Assembly: GCA_021613535.1 (NCBI GenBank)
Contig: CP075492.1
Coordinates: 16,554,001-16,618,000 of the forward strand
Direction of reading: 5' to 3'
DNA from: Adineta vaga
Taxonomy: Eukaryota > Animalia > Rotifera
DNA length: 64,000 nt
The notes beneath the pieces are model-generated. The model saw only the letters and a list, made by a program, of their open reading frames with translations, had not been told where the DNA came from and searched no databases. Position 1 is the stretch's first letter; each line of letters opens with the position of its first letter. Shown here one piece after another: positions 52,195-64,000 of the stretch. A program made the translations under genes and the position numbers.

Positions 52195-53010
52195 TTAATT
52201 CTGTAGCCAGATAAGAACAATAAATGGAATGACAAGAGCAATAACAATCACCACGTGAATGCCAAAGAGAATTAGCTTCATTTGATTAAAACGATCCTCT
52301 TGATTGTTATCTGTATTGTTACTTGAGATTGAATTTGATGGACGAAGTTCATATTCTCGTTCAGTTCTATAAGTTTGTTCCGATGAAGATGTAGAGTTTC
52401 TCTCATTGAGATATTTGAAAATTTCAAATAGACCGAAAATGAAAACAATCCAGCCTGTCCAAATTGACATAACAATGTATAAACCACTTTGATAATTAGT
52501 TAAAGTACTGATAATAAGAAAAATAGTCGGAATGGAAAGAACAAAAGCCAAGAGTCCTACAGTTCGATGAATCCAATTGAAAATAAAACGAAAATGACTA
52601 GTCGGATGACAACGAAATAGTGCCATCCAGATTTGAATTAGAGCAAAACCAACAATGATTATACCCAGGATTGAATGAGCAACAACATACGGCCCATCGT
52701 CATCTAAACTCACCCACCTTCCTCCTGCTTGAGCCAATACGAGAAAAAACCCAAGAAGGGTAGAAAAGGCAGCCACAGAAAGAGTTAAACGATGAGCTTG
52801 AAACCAAACAAATTCACCAAGAATTTTTCTTTTACTGCCAATACGTAATAATCGACCATAACGAGCGAAAAGAATACCTGTCGAAGCAAAAACCATCCAT
52901 GTTATAAGCATTACTGTACCATGAGCATATGCCAGTCGATTATCTTCTTCTGAAGCAGAACTATCAGAGTTCGGTACCGTTGTTGTTGACATTTTTTTTC
53001 CTGATGTCAC
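52195..53010 (-). CDS. Cytochrome b561 / ferric-chelate reductase-type membrane domain protein
   Basis: Four heme His motifs: HGTVMLITW, WFQAHR, HSILG, FNWIHR; multiple TM helices. Confidence 0.85.
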   Translation of the reverse strand: MTSGKKMSTTTVPNSDSSASEEDNRLAYAHGTVMLITWMVFASTGILFARYGRLLRIGSKRKILGEFVWFQAHRLTLSVAAFSTLLGFFLVLAQAGGRWVSLDDDGPYVVAHSILGIIIVGFALIQIWMALFRCHPTSHFRFIFNWIHRTVGLLAFVLSIPTIFLIISTLTNYQSGLYIVMSIWTGWIVFIFGLFEIFKYLNERNSTSSSEQTYRTEREYELRPSNSISSNNTDNNQEDRFNQMKLILFGIHVVIVIALVIPFIVLIWLQN

Positions 53011-54170
53011 AACTCCACAACAAATATAAGTAGTAAGTTGTTTGATTTACCGATTTTATAATGATGTATAAGGCAATCGCGTATACTTTTTTTTCTTTTC
53101 ATTCTCCTTGGACATGTATGAATAATTAAACGTCGTATTTTGAGACTCATGATTATTACGCCCTTGTTTTCTTCACAACAAGCTGACACACTACTCCTTT
53201 ACATTTTTTTTTTGTTCCTGTTGAAGAACTGGATGAAAGTACGAAAAAAAATTGCTTGTAATAAATAAGATTGCTCAAGGCATACAAACGTACTTTTACA
53301 TCGTTGTGAATCATACGACATTAACATAATGTCGACCTTCAAAAACAACCATTAATTTCACTCCTCTCAAATTACTAGAAAAACAAGTTCTTTATCTTTC
53401 TATTACGACCAATTAAATGAAAATATAACATACATTATTGCATGCTGATTTTATACTTAAAAGCGATGCACAGTGGTCGTATCGTTGTTTAGATATAATA
53501 CTTTGAGAATGTGAATGTAGATGTGAACATGTTTTTTTTGTCCTCATGCATACTCTAATCCTCATCCACAAATATAGGCATGTTTTTGTTCAAGAAAACA
53601 TTATTTTATTTAGTGAAGAAAAAAGTCTATCACAGCAAAACACAACAGAAGCGAAACAGTTCTATTTGTCAATCAGATGAAGTTTTTGAATTAAATTTTA
53701 AAATTATTAATAAACATACACAAAGAAACTAATTATGTCATTGACGAAGAGAATATGGCTGTTGATATTTTGATCATATTTCAATTGATTTTCACATCTG
53801 CAAAAAAGTATTTTCGTTTTTCTTTTCGATTCTTCTGCGACCAACTGGTTCATCGACTAGATACGCAAGTGACAGTACTGTATCAACAAGTAACGTTCAT
53901 CCTTTGGATTCGCTGATCCTTTTCTGAAGGAACGATTTCAGTATTCTTTCACAAAAGAAGAGAACGATTGCCTAGCCGTTCAAAGCTCTTTGAAGTGTTT
54001 GACTTATAAGGCCACCAAAAATAGCTTTGGCAGAGAAAGCAAGGTTCGTACAGCCTCTACAACACTTTTTCTTGTACGTTCGGAACTAGAGCATTCGATA
54101 AATCTCGATTGGTTGAGTAGACTCCTTTTCCTGTTTTTGAAGCTTAAAACATTGATATACTGTAGAAAAG

Positions 54171-54217
54171 GAGGATGTGGGTGAGGCTATGCTTTTCACT
54201 CTCACCCAGACCCTCAA
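54171..54217. repeat. Telomere-like hairpin element
   Basis: gaggatgtgggtgag-gctatgcttttcact-ctcacccagaccctcaa. Confidence 0.8.
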
Positions 54218-54280
54218 ATGTTTTATTTCGTTGTTAGAAAAATTTTGAATCAAATTCTATTAAAATATAAAAATTGTCAA

Positions 54281-54837
54281 TTATAAATCAGCATCTTGTC
54301 TAAATCGACGAAGTAAAATACAAGAAATAATTGAAAAAGGAAGAAATATTCCTGAAATAATTAATAAAATAAATGAATAATATGTTGTTGGTTTATACCA
54401 AGTTATTTCCGAAATTTTTTTTGTATTATACCAACATGGATAAATTGAATTTAACTAAAATATAATCAGAAATTCAAATCAATAAATCAATAAATCAATA
54501 CTTTAAATTTATCTAATTGATTCATTGCATGTTGAAGAGTAAAATCAGCATCAGTTCTTATATTTTGTTTTAATGTTTGATTTTGTCCAATTTGAACAGT
54601 CCAAACAGGAACATAACATTTGCCTAATTTTGTTCCTCGTCTTGAATCTCCTTTAATACATTTATCAATACGTTCATAGGTTGATGATTGAACTTGACAT
54701 AGATCTTCTTTATAATCTCTACTTTTGGAATATTGATCAAAAAATAATGATATACCAACACAAAAACAAACAATTGTTATTACACCAAATATACATGTTA
54801 AGACAAGAAAAAGTTTTGCTAAACGAGATTTTTCCAT
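54281..54837 (-). CDS. Small two-TM protein with Cys-containing loop (BK-channel beta-subunit-like topology), 2 exons
   Basis: TM1, loop with Cys residues, second exon LNSIYPCWYN...TM2...RRFRQDADL*. Confidence 0.6.
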
Positions 54838-55092
54838 ATCGTTTAAATTAAATATTAAAAAAGAAAGAAATTCATATATTTATTGACATACAAATAGAAG
54901 AAAAACAAATTTATAACCTTGTTTTTTTGTTTTCGAATTCAGTCATCATATTTATACATAGAAAAGAAAAATCTTGCTCAATACTATATAATATTTTGAG
55001 AATATTATATCCCATTGGTTATGTGCATTTTGAATAGAAACGTTTTATTATAATGAGCGACATCTAATGAAATAAAATCAATCGAAAATTTA

Positions 55093-58000
55093 TTAATCAA
55101 TTGTTGAACACTGATTAGGTAAAACAGCAACATCATTTGATAATGCATTAGCGACAATTAGATCAGGTAAATTATCACCATCTAAATCACCTGATATTAA
55201 TGAAATAGGATTGACACCAACTGGAATAGTTTTTCGAATAGGAAAATGACCAATTCCATCACCAAGTAAAATCGTAATTGTATTATCACCATAATTTGTT
55301 ATTGCTAAATCAATTTTCGTATCATTATTAAAATCATTTGAAATAATAAATGATGGACTTCGACCTATTGAATAGATTTCATAAATATAAAAACTATTAT
55401 TACCATATCCAAATAATAAACTAATACTATTATTTAATTGATTCGTTACTGCTAAATCAATAAGTGTATCATTATTAAAATCATTTGATGTTAATGATGA
55501 TGGAGAAAAACCAACGGAAAAAATTTTTTGATTAAAAAACGATCCATTTCCATTTCCATATAAAATACTAATTGTATTATTACCTTTATTCGTTACAATA
55601 AGATCTAATTTTCCATCTTTATCTAAATCTCGTGATATTATGGCTGATGGTTGATTTCGAACTGTATATGTATTAGAATTTATAAAACCTCCATTTGATA
55701 AACCAAGTAAAATTGTAATTGAATTATTACCTTGATTTACTACTGCTAAATCTAAGTAATTATCATTATTAAAATAATTTGATACTAAACAAATAGGTTG
55801 AAAGCCTGTAAAATAATTTCTTTCATCAAGAAATGTTCCATCACCAATACCTAACCAAACATTAATATTTCGATAATAATTATTAATAATTACTAAATCA
55901 AGTTTTGTATCATTATTCATATCTTGTAATACTGTTGCAGATGAACTTGTACCAATTTGATAAGAAACAGGTAAAGCAAAACTTCGATTCCCATATCCTA
56001 ACATGATACTAACAATATCATTATCATAATAAGATATAACAAAATCTAATTTATTATCTTTATTTAAATCACCTAACAATAAAAATAAAGGTGATCCACT
56101 AACTGTAAAAATTTTTTCAGATAAAAAATTTCCATTTTCATCTCCAAATAATACAACAATAATATTTCTGTTGAAACTTGTTATGATGATATCTAACCGA
56201 TTATCTTCATCAACATAACCTGAATACATTCGTTGAGGATTTATACTAATTATAAAGATTTTCAACGATGTAAAACTACCATTACCATAGCCAAAGAATA
56301 ATCCAATAGTTGCATTATTATAAGCTACTACTAAATCTGAATTTTGATCGTTATTAAAGTCACCTGATATTACAGATGATGGATAACTACCAAGAGTTAA
56401 ATTTGTTTGTAAGAAAAACGTTCCATTTCGATATCCTAATAATTCCATAATTATAGAATATCGACTATTAATTATAATTAAATCTTGATTTTTATCATTA
56501 TTAAAATCGTCTATTATCATATATGAAAGAGTTTCACCGTAGGTAATAGTTTTTTCAAATACAAAACTACCATTTCCATATCCAGCATATAAAATACATC
56601 GAACATTTTCGGTTATGACGACAAGATCAAGATTCGAATCATTATTGAAATGATCTAATATAACTGAACCAGGATATTGAATAGATATAATCGGAATTGC
56701 TGATGAAAATGTTCCATTACCATATCCTAATAATAAACTAATTTCACTATCGATAGAACTAATCACAATTAAATCTAATATCTTATCGTTATTTACATAA
56801 CCTGATATGACACTACTTGATGAAGTGTCAATATTATATTTTGGTGGTGTTGTAAAACTTCCATCTTTATTATTAATTAAAATACGAACAATATTATCAG
56901 CATAATTTACTACTGCAATATCGGCTGTATTGTCATTATTAAAATCATCTGATATGACAAATTTAGGTTGTTTGCCAGTTTTATATTGTGGTTGTGATTG
57001 AAAATTTCCATTACCTTGACCTAATAAAACACTAACTGTATTATCATCAATATTTGATACAACGAAATCTAAATTTAAATCTGAATTTAAATCATCAGTT
57101 ACAATAAAATACGGAGAACCACCAATTGATAATAATTTTTGTTCATTAAATATTCCATTTTCATTATTGATTAAGATTGAAATAGTTCTATCACCAGAAT
57201 TGACCACTGCTAAATCTAAATTCGTATCATTATTGAAATAACCTGATACTAACGATTGGGGAGATCGACCAACGTCATAAATCTTCGGAGACATAAATGC
57301 TCCATTTCCATATCCAAAATATAGAGCAATACTATTTTCGGACTTTCGAAGTAATATCAAATCTAAATAATGATCATTATTCAAATCAGTTAATATCATA
57401 GAAGAAGGAGTAAAACCAGTAGTAATATTAGTTACCAATGAGAACGATCCATTTTCATTTCCAAGAAATATCCAAAGATTTTGATAATGACCGGAAATCG
57501 CCAAATCTAATCTCGTATCATTGTTAATCGAACCAGATACAATATATTCAGGAGAACTACCAACGGGAAAAAATTGTCCAACTAAGAAACTTCCATTTCC
57601 AATTCCTGACAAAAAATGAAAACCACCATCAACAGGATTGATTAGAATAATATCTAAATTTCCATCATTATTAAAATCTGCAATTGTTGCACATGGAATA
57701 CTTCGACCAATTTGATAAGAAATTCCACTTTGAAAATTTCCATATTCAAGACCTATCAATACGCTAATCGTATTGTTTTCACCTGCACCAACAACTATCA
57801 AATCGGTTATTTGATCATGATTTAAATCACCTGATAATATAAATCTTGGTTTAATATCCGTTGTATATTGAATATTGCCTTGAAATGTTCCATCTCCATT
57901 ACTTAATAAAATACTAATACTATTGTTTCCAGTATTAATGACAACAATATCTTGTTTTTCATCATTATTTAAATCATTTAATAGAATATATGTTGGCGCA

Positions 58001-59415
58001 AATTCAGTTGGATAAGTTGAATGAGATTGTAAACTTCCATTACCATTACCAAACATAATTGCAATACCATCATCACGTTGATTTGCTAGGATAATATCTA
58101 AATATTTATCATTATTGAAATCAGCAATTGTTAGAGAAGCTGGCATATTTCCAGTTGAGATACGATTGGAAAATTTGTAAGGTGTATTACAAATTTGTTC
58201 TATAAAAAGAATAAAATCTTTTGTCTATGAAAAACAAAATCTAGAATAGATTATATACTTGTTGACTGAACGAATGATCTTGTTGCCAATACTGCAGCAA
58301 GAATAACTCCTGCAATGATTAGAGTAATCAGAAAACACATTGGAATGGCAAATCTTTTCTTTCGATACCATTGTCGTCTTATGAAAAAAAAAACGTTCGA
58401 TAATCGATGCAAATTTGATAATACTAAATAGACTTACTCAATTTTGGGGTAGAGAATTGCACCTAAATAAATTTATGTTGAGTATCTATTTAAAAGATAA
58501 TTAAATACCTTTAAATGGAGGTTCTAATAATTGTATTTCTGGTCTTAATTGTTTCAAATGAATAATATGAAGGTCAAGTGCTGGAAGAAGTTGAGATTGA
58601 ACAATCATATGAGTACCTGGTAGAAGTAAAATTTCATCTTCTGTAATATAATGTGAATGAGAACTTATTATACGACCATTAATAGCTTCAACAGAAAACA
58701 ATGTTCGATTACCAATCATACCCAAATATATATTATTTTCCAATACACTTAATTCAACAGTACACGATGAAAATGGCCACCAAGTTACTAGAGTACCGGG
58801 TGGAAAATCTCTACTTAAATCTTTCGTTACTCCACGCCAAACAGTTGATGGTGGAGCACATGGTAATTTAACTAATGCAGTTAATAATAGTTTCATATAT
58901 TTAAAATAAGGTCGAACTTCATCACGATTTCCTGTTTTTAAAGTATTATTAAGCATTGTATAAAGACTTTTATGTGGTGGTTGCCATTCAATTGTATAGA
59001 GACGAATAGCAGCACTTTCATCGATTGTTAAACCATCTGATGGATGTTCAGGAGTTTCATCAAGTGCCATTTGAACATAAAATGATAAATTATAAAGAAT
59101 ATTCATCAAAGGAGAACATGCTTTCGATAAAGGTAATAAAGTTTCTTCAGCATATCCATCTGTTGGATTAACATTTGATTTGAAATCATTCATAGTTGAT
59201 AGAATAGATTCATCAGTAATTCTATCTACAACTCGATGATTTATTCTCATAGAATGATTGTTATCATTTAATATTAATGTTGCTAATTCATTTTCAATGT
59301 TAACATTTCTTCCCATTATCAAATCTACGCGATCATTCGATGTAATTGTTGCTAATTCAATCGATATTGCATGATCATTTGTTGATTTCAATGGATTTTG
59401 TTTCAAACCAAACAT
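55093..59415 (-). CDS. ADP-ribosyltransferase - transmembrane - FG-GAP repeat fusion protein (4 exons)
   Basis: Exons 59415-58509, 58462-58438, 58377-58259, 58199-55093 join in frame through GT-AG introns; VWRGV, FSSCT and EDEILLLPG motifs; single TM; ~20 FG-GAP repeats. Confidence 0.85.
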
Positions 59416-59926
59416 ATTTTTTTTCTCAAACCTTTCAAATAATAATATTATCTTCGTGTATATAAATAAAAAAAGAACTGAATAACCTTGTAAAGTATTG
59501 TGCGTTTCTTATTTATCATAATGATCATTGATGCATTTATTATTTCATAGTAAGATAAAAAGAAAAATAATCGGAGGAAAGAAAATCCATAGGCAATGCT
59601 TTTTCTCTTTCGTCATACACGTTTTTCGTGTTACTTGTTTAAACAGGTCCCTCTTATTTACAAAACACGTCAATGTTTCTATAAAATACCATGATGATCG
59701 ATATAACATATTCTATTGGTGAGACATTTTTTGATTAACGCAAAAGTTATCTCGGAGGTCTGACTTGTTTGTTTTTAATATAATGAATAAATATAAAGAA
59801 AAACAAACACTTAAATTGCTTCTTCTACGTACATTTTTCTCCTGAGAAATGACCATAAATCATACATTCAAACATATTTATGTTTTATCGTAATAAATCG
59901 ATTTTTAGTACGGCGAATGCTCTCGC

Positions 59927-59985
59927 TGGGTGGGTGTGGGTGGGATCGGTCAATAAATATAGCACAACAACACCTACATTTTGAA
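59927..59985. repeat. Degenerate telomere-like hairpin element
   Basis: tgggtgggtgtgggtggg...cacaacaacacctaca. Confidence 0.55.
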
Positions 59986-60255
59986 TATTACTTATTTTGA
60001 GACTAATGTAAATAATAAAGTATCACGAAATAGTTTGTGTAAACAGCATCACATATTTGCACAAGGAAATTCTGGTGAATAATCAAAAAGCAGATATGTG
60101 TTATAACGTATCTGCTTTGGAATATTTGCCGATGTCACCGGATAAAAAAACAAACTCTTTCTTTTCTCCATGTAAATAAAAAGAAAGAAATCAATGTATT
60201 GAAGAGACTTCCTTTCGTAGTTGTATTACAATTCACAAGTAACATTCTTATCGTG

Positions 60256-61941
60256 ATGAAAATGATGAATTTTATTATTTTCTTCTGCTCTTTATTCTAT
60301 CTCTGTGATTGCGGAACATTACCAGCTGGACAATTAACTGAACAAACATTAATAGCAAATTTATTGAGTGGATATAATAAAAATATTAGACCAGATACGC
60401 AAGTATATGTTGATATTACTGCTACATTACAACAAATCGTTTCCCTCGATGAAAAACAACAAATAATGACATCAAGTTCATTTATATCTCAAGCATGGGC
60501 TGATGATCGTTTGTCATGGATACCAAGTGCTTACAATAATATTAGTGTTGTTATGTTACCAGTTCAAAGTATATGGATACCTGATACAATGATATTAAAC
60601 TCAGCCGATTCGAGTGGTTATTTGACAATTAATACTTATAGTTTAGCATCGATTTATTATACAGGTGATGTTTATATGATATTACCAGCGTTAGCAATTA
60701 AAACACGCTGTAGTTTATTTATTCAAGAATTTCCATTTGATAATCAAATGTGTAGTATCAATTTAACATCATGGAGTCAAGGATCTAATCGAATTCTCTA
60801 TACAGAAAATGCTAGTTCAGTCATTGATATTAGTCAATACATTCAACATCCTTTGTGGAAATTAAAGGACGTCTCGATGGCTGTAATACAAACATCAGAC
60901 AGAGCGCCCTTTGACGAAACATATAATGATGTCATAGCAATACAATTATTTCTGCAGAGAAAACCATTATTTTATATAATGAATGGAATATTTACTTGTT
61001 TAATCTTAAATTGTGTTACTTTACTAGCTTTTACGCTACCATTTGGCTCACAAATTGGTCTATGTAAGAATATTTTTCTTGTTTTGATTCATGTAAAAAT
61101 CATAATAATCGAAAGAAAACATAAGAAAAAAAACATGTTGAATCAGGATATTCTAACGAAATCTTACAAGTTATTTCATTTTAATCATGTTTTAACAAGA
61201 ATGTACTTTTTTTAACCACGATGTTAAGGTCAACAATGAAAGTTATTTCTTTCTATTTTAGGTATGACTTGTTTTATGACATATTCAGTGAATTCTCTTA
61301 CTTTTTCTAATCTTTTCCCACAACAATCACAATATCTAATGATGATAACATTATATTTTATATTATCAATGTGTTGGACTTTAATATCAATGTTATGGTT
61401 TGTTTTATGTAATCATTTCATATCAAAAGCTGAATTACCGAAATTACTTTTTCTTTTCTCTGGATCAATACAAAGAACATCTTGCAATTGTTTTTCAAAG
61501 CCAAAAGAAGAAGAAGAAGTTCGAATGGAAAAAGGTGAACTAATGATTTCGAAAGATGCAGAAAAAACAAGAAAACAAAAAAATGGATGTCTCTCTTGTC
61601 AAACAGTCTTTTCCGGATGTCTTCGAAAACGTTCGAGAGTTGAAACTATTGATAAATCACAAGAAAATACTGAAAAAGATGAACAATCTGTTAAAGCGGA
61701 TGCAACATTGAATGAAACAACGAAATCTGAAGATATTAACAAGATAAAAGAAGATTCAAAATGCAATTTCTGTGATCGATGTGATCCTTGTCAAGTAGAT
61801 TTTGATAAAGATAAAGGAAAAGGCAAAAATAAGAAAGATATTGAAGCCAAATGTAGCATTTTAAATTATATCATATTCGGGTTTGTTTTTATCTGTATGC
61901 TGATTTCAAATGTGGCTGTTTGGACATTAATGTCATCATAA
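60256..61941 (+). CDS. Cys-loop ligand-gated ion channel subunit (nAChR-like, lacks vicinal Cys), intron 61064-61261
   Basis: YNKNIRP, WADDRLSW, IWIPD, Cys-loop CSLFIQEFPFDNQMC, RKPLFY, four TM helices. Confidence 0.9.
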
Positions 61942-62030
61942 CTGATTTTTATTATTTTCTATCTTTCATATATAAAAAGAAGAATATTTGTTTGTTTGTC
62001 TGTTCCTTATGCATTCAGTACGCTCAAGAA

Positions 62031-62061
62031 AGGGTGGGTATGAATACAAGAAACCCTCAAG
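62031..62061. repeat. Short telomere-like hairpin element
   Basis: agggtgggtatgaatacaagaaaccctcaag. Confidence 0.65.
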
Positions 62062-62234
62062 TTGAGTCAATAACATGAAAACATTTATATTTTTCAAGAG
62101 ATAGCATGACACATTCGATATAATGTCGTCATCATTTCTTGCGTAATAACCTACCTACATGTATAAATAATCTCGCTTTTTCCTTCGTTCTTTACATCTA
62201 TACATGATTTATCACACAGTAATCGGTAATTCTT

Positions 62235-63242
62235 ATGGACTCTTCATTAAATTTATTCAATCATTCGACAATTGTCTATCGTTCAATAGAAAAACATGAA
62301 CAACAGCAAGCACTTGATATGTTGTATTCTGTTTTTGAGAGTATTTCTGGTTGTTTTCAACGAGATTTTTCATCGGAAGCTTCGCCCAATTATCAAAACG
62401 GTGATGCATTGGGTGCATGGCATAATGATAAATTAGTGAGTACCGTATTTATCCGACGTTTGATATTACGATCAAATGAAGATAATTTGGAATATCTATG
62501 TGGTGGAATTTGTGATGTGGCTACCATACCTGAATATCGAAGACAAGGTCTCTCTCGACGTCTATTGACAATGGCTATTGACAAGATGGAGAAAAGTAAT
62601 GCATTTGATCTTTCGATGTTGGGTACAGGCATACATAATCATTACACGACTTTGGGTTGGGAACAAATGCATCAACCTCATCCGGTAATAATTGATTGGA
62701 AAAATATCATTGCGATACCTACAGATGTTACATGGCATTCGGCATCCGATATTTTGTCTAAGAACTCTGAGTCTTTGTTGAAAATCCATTCTAATAAACC
62801 ACGCATCTATCAGATCGATCGATCACCCATTACAATATTTCAACAGTGGGTAACATGGGAATGGCAAAATGCTGAAGCAATTATCTGCGTTGAAGAATTT
62901 GAAGGAGAGCAAGGATATATCGTGATCAGTAAACCAGACAATGAAACAGATGTATGTGTACTGGAATGGCGAGCTCCGAGTCTCAATCTCGAGAAGAAAC
63001 TTTTATCTCTTGCAGCCACAGAAATTCGTCGACGTCATGGACAAACAGTACCCATTCGTTTACATACATTACCACAGTATATGACAATTGACCAATTAAC
63101 AGAATGGGCGGGTCTAGTTAAGACTGAAATAAATTCAGATATAATGTTACGGAATATTCGATTACCAGACAATATTTACAACAAGATTAAAGAGGCCTTT
63201 TCTGATGGTCGTGCTACACATTGGACTGGTGATTTTTTCTGA
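62235..63242 (+). CDS. GNAT-family acetyltransferase (Eis-like N-terminal domain), intronless
   Basis: Motif A VATIPEYRRQGLSRRLL; HYTTLGW. Confidence 0.85.
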   Translation: MDSSLNLFNHSTIVYRSIEKHEQQQALDMLYSVFESISGCFQRDFSSEASPNYQNGDALGAWHNDKLVSTVFIRRLILRSNEDNLEYLCGGICDVATIPEYRRQGLSRRLLTMAIDKMEKSNAFDLSMLGTGIHNHYTTLGWEQMHQPHPVIIDWKNIIAIPTDVTWHSASDILSKNSESLLKIHSNKPRIYQIDRSPITIFQQWVTWEWQNAEAIICVEEFEGEQGYIVISKPDNETDVCVLEWRAPSLNLEKKLLSLAATEIRRRHGQTVPIRLHTLPQYMTIDQLTEWAGLVKTEINSDIMLRNIRLPDNIYNKIKEAFSDGRATHWTGDFF

Positions 63243-63326
63243 TTGACTTTATGTACAATAGACGTTCATAAGAATTGTCATTTTGAAAATATATTAGTCG
63301 ATGACCTTTGAGAACGGATGTGACTA

Positions 63327-63395
63327 TTAATAGAGGGTGAAGAAGTCAGTGTTGGTATTGCATCGATTTGAAACCCATCCACACCTTCACCCTAG
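63327..63395. repeat. Telomere-like hairpin element variant
   Basis: ttaatagagggtgaaga...ccacaccttcaccctag; its first 17 nt are the reverse complement of 44883-44899. Confidence 0.7.
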
Positions 63396-63581
63396 TAAAT
63401 TTGAAGGATGGCGATATTACAAAGCATAAAATAACGATAAGAAAAAATGAGTTAGATGTCATTATCTATATGTAAATATATATATTGTGTTTGTCTATTC
63501 TTATGGTAGCACGTCACACTTTGTATATAAATGCGTTTATCAGTTTGAATTTTATTCTATTTCACAATTCTACACTGTAAT

Positions 63582-64000
63582 ATGTTGTATCAAACTATCA
63601 TTTCATTCGTATTGATTACTATTGTCTTCACCGACAACGGTCCGTTGATCAATTTGAAAAATGGTTCACATCTGAAATCATTAATCAAAGAAGAGAACAC
63701 TTTCACAAAAAGTTCGAAGATGATAAATTGTCTTAGTTCGTGCGTTTTCGAGCTTTCTTTCAACGGCTCATTTACCATACCATCAAGTTGTACAACTTAT
63801 GTACCATCCAGAAAATGTTCAATAAAACTTTCGATAGATTATATAAAACACAAAGGTTCTGCCTTCTTCGAACGCGATAATGTAATGGATGATGATTTCG
63901 ATGTTAGTATTAAAGCATTCGGTCGATTCTCTTTTAAAGAAAATCATAACGAACAAAATATAATGTGGACCTATGATTGTTCCATCAATGATAATTGTAG
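63582..64000 (+). CDS. Putative secreted Cys-containing protein, partial (runs off window)
   Basis: Open frame MLYQTIISFVLITIVFTD... to the window end; TATATAAA at ~63524. Confidence 0.6.
   Translation, partial: MLYQTIISFVLITIVFTDNGPLINLKNGSHLKSLIKEENTFTKSSKMINCLSSCVFELSFNGSFTIPSSCTTYVPSRKCSIKLSIDYIKHKGSAFFERDNVMDDDFDVSIKAFGRFSFKENHNEQNIMWTYDCSINDNC

Noticed and set aside
1-64000. Recombinase, telomerase or Athena/Penelope-type RT that could act on the hairpins; rRNA or tRNA genes
   Set aside because: None recognisable in this window; any enzyme would have to act in trans.

Overview
AT-rich eukaryotic DNA with short GT-AG introns. Gene content and (TGTGGG)n repeats point to a bdelloid rotifer (Adineta-like); this is inferred, not proven. 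Genes include two FG-GAP repeat genes (one spliced into an ADP-ribosyltransferase/TM/FG-GAP receptor-like protein), LRR, NHL and F-box-like genes, three GPCR-like loci, an ART-TPR gene, a divergent pair of glycine-zipper peptides, a knottin-like prepropeptide pseudogene, a GH38 alpha-mannosidase, a cytochrome b561 domain protein, a Cys-loop receptor and a GNAT. There is also a full-length Jockey/Hebe-like LINE with a 12-bp TSD, MITE-like foldbacks, and an ~8.7-kb gene-bearing palindrome. The most striking pattern is a family of short (30-95 bp) hairpin elements: (C)CATCTTGAGGGTGTGGGTG - asymmetric spacer - CACCCACACCCTCAAG. They are built from head-to-head telomere-type repeats, occur about 20 times, and sit in most intergenic intervals. 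They divide the region into one- or two-gene modules and coincide with truncation, duplication and filler-DNA junctions.
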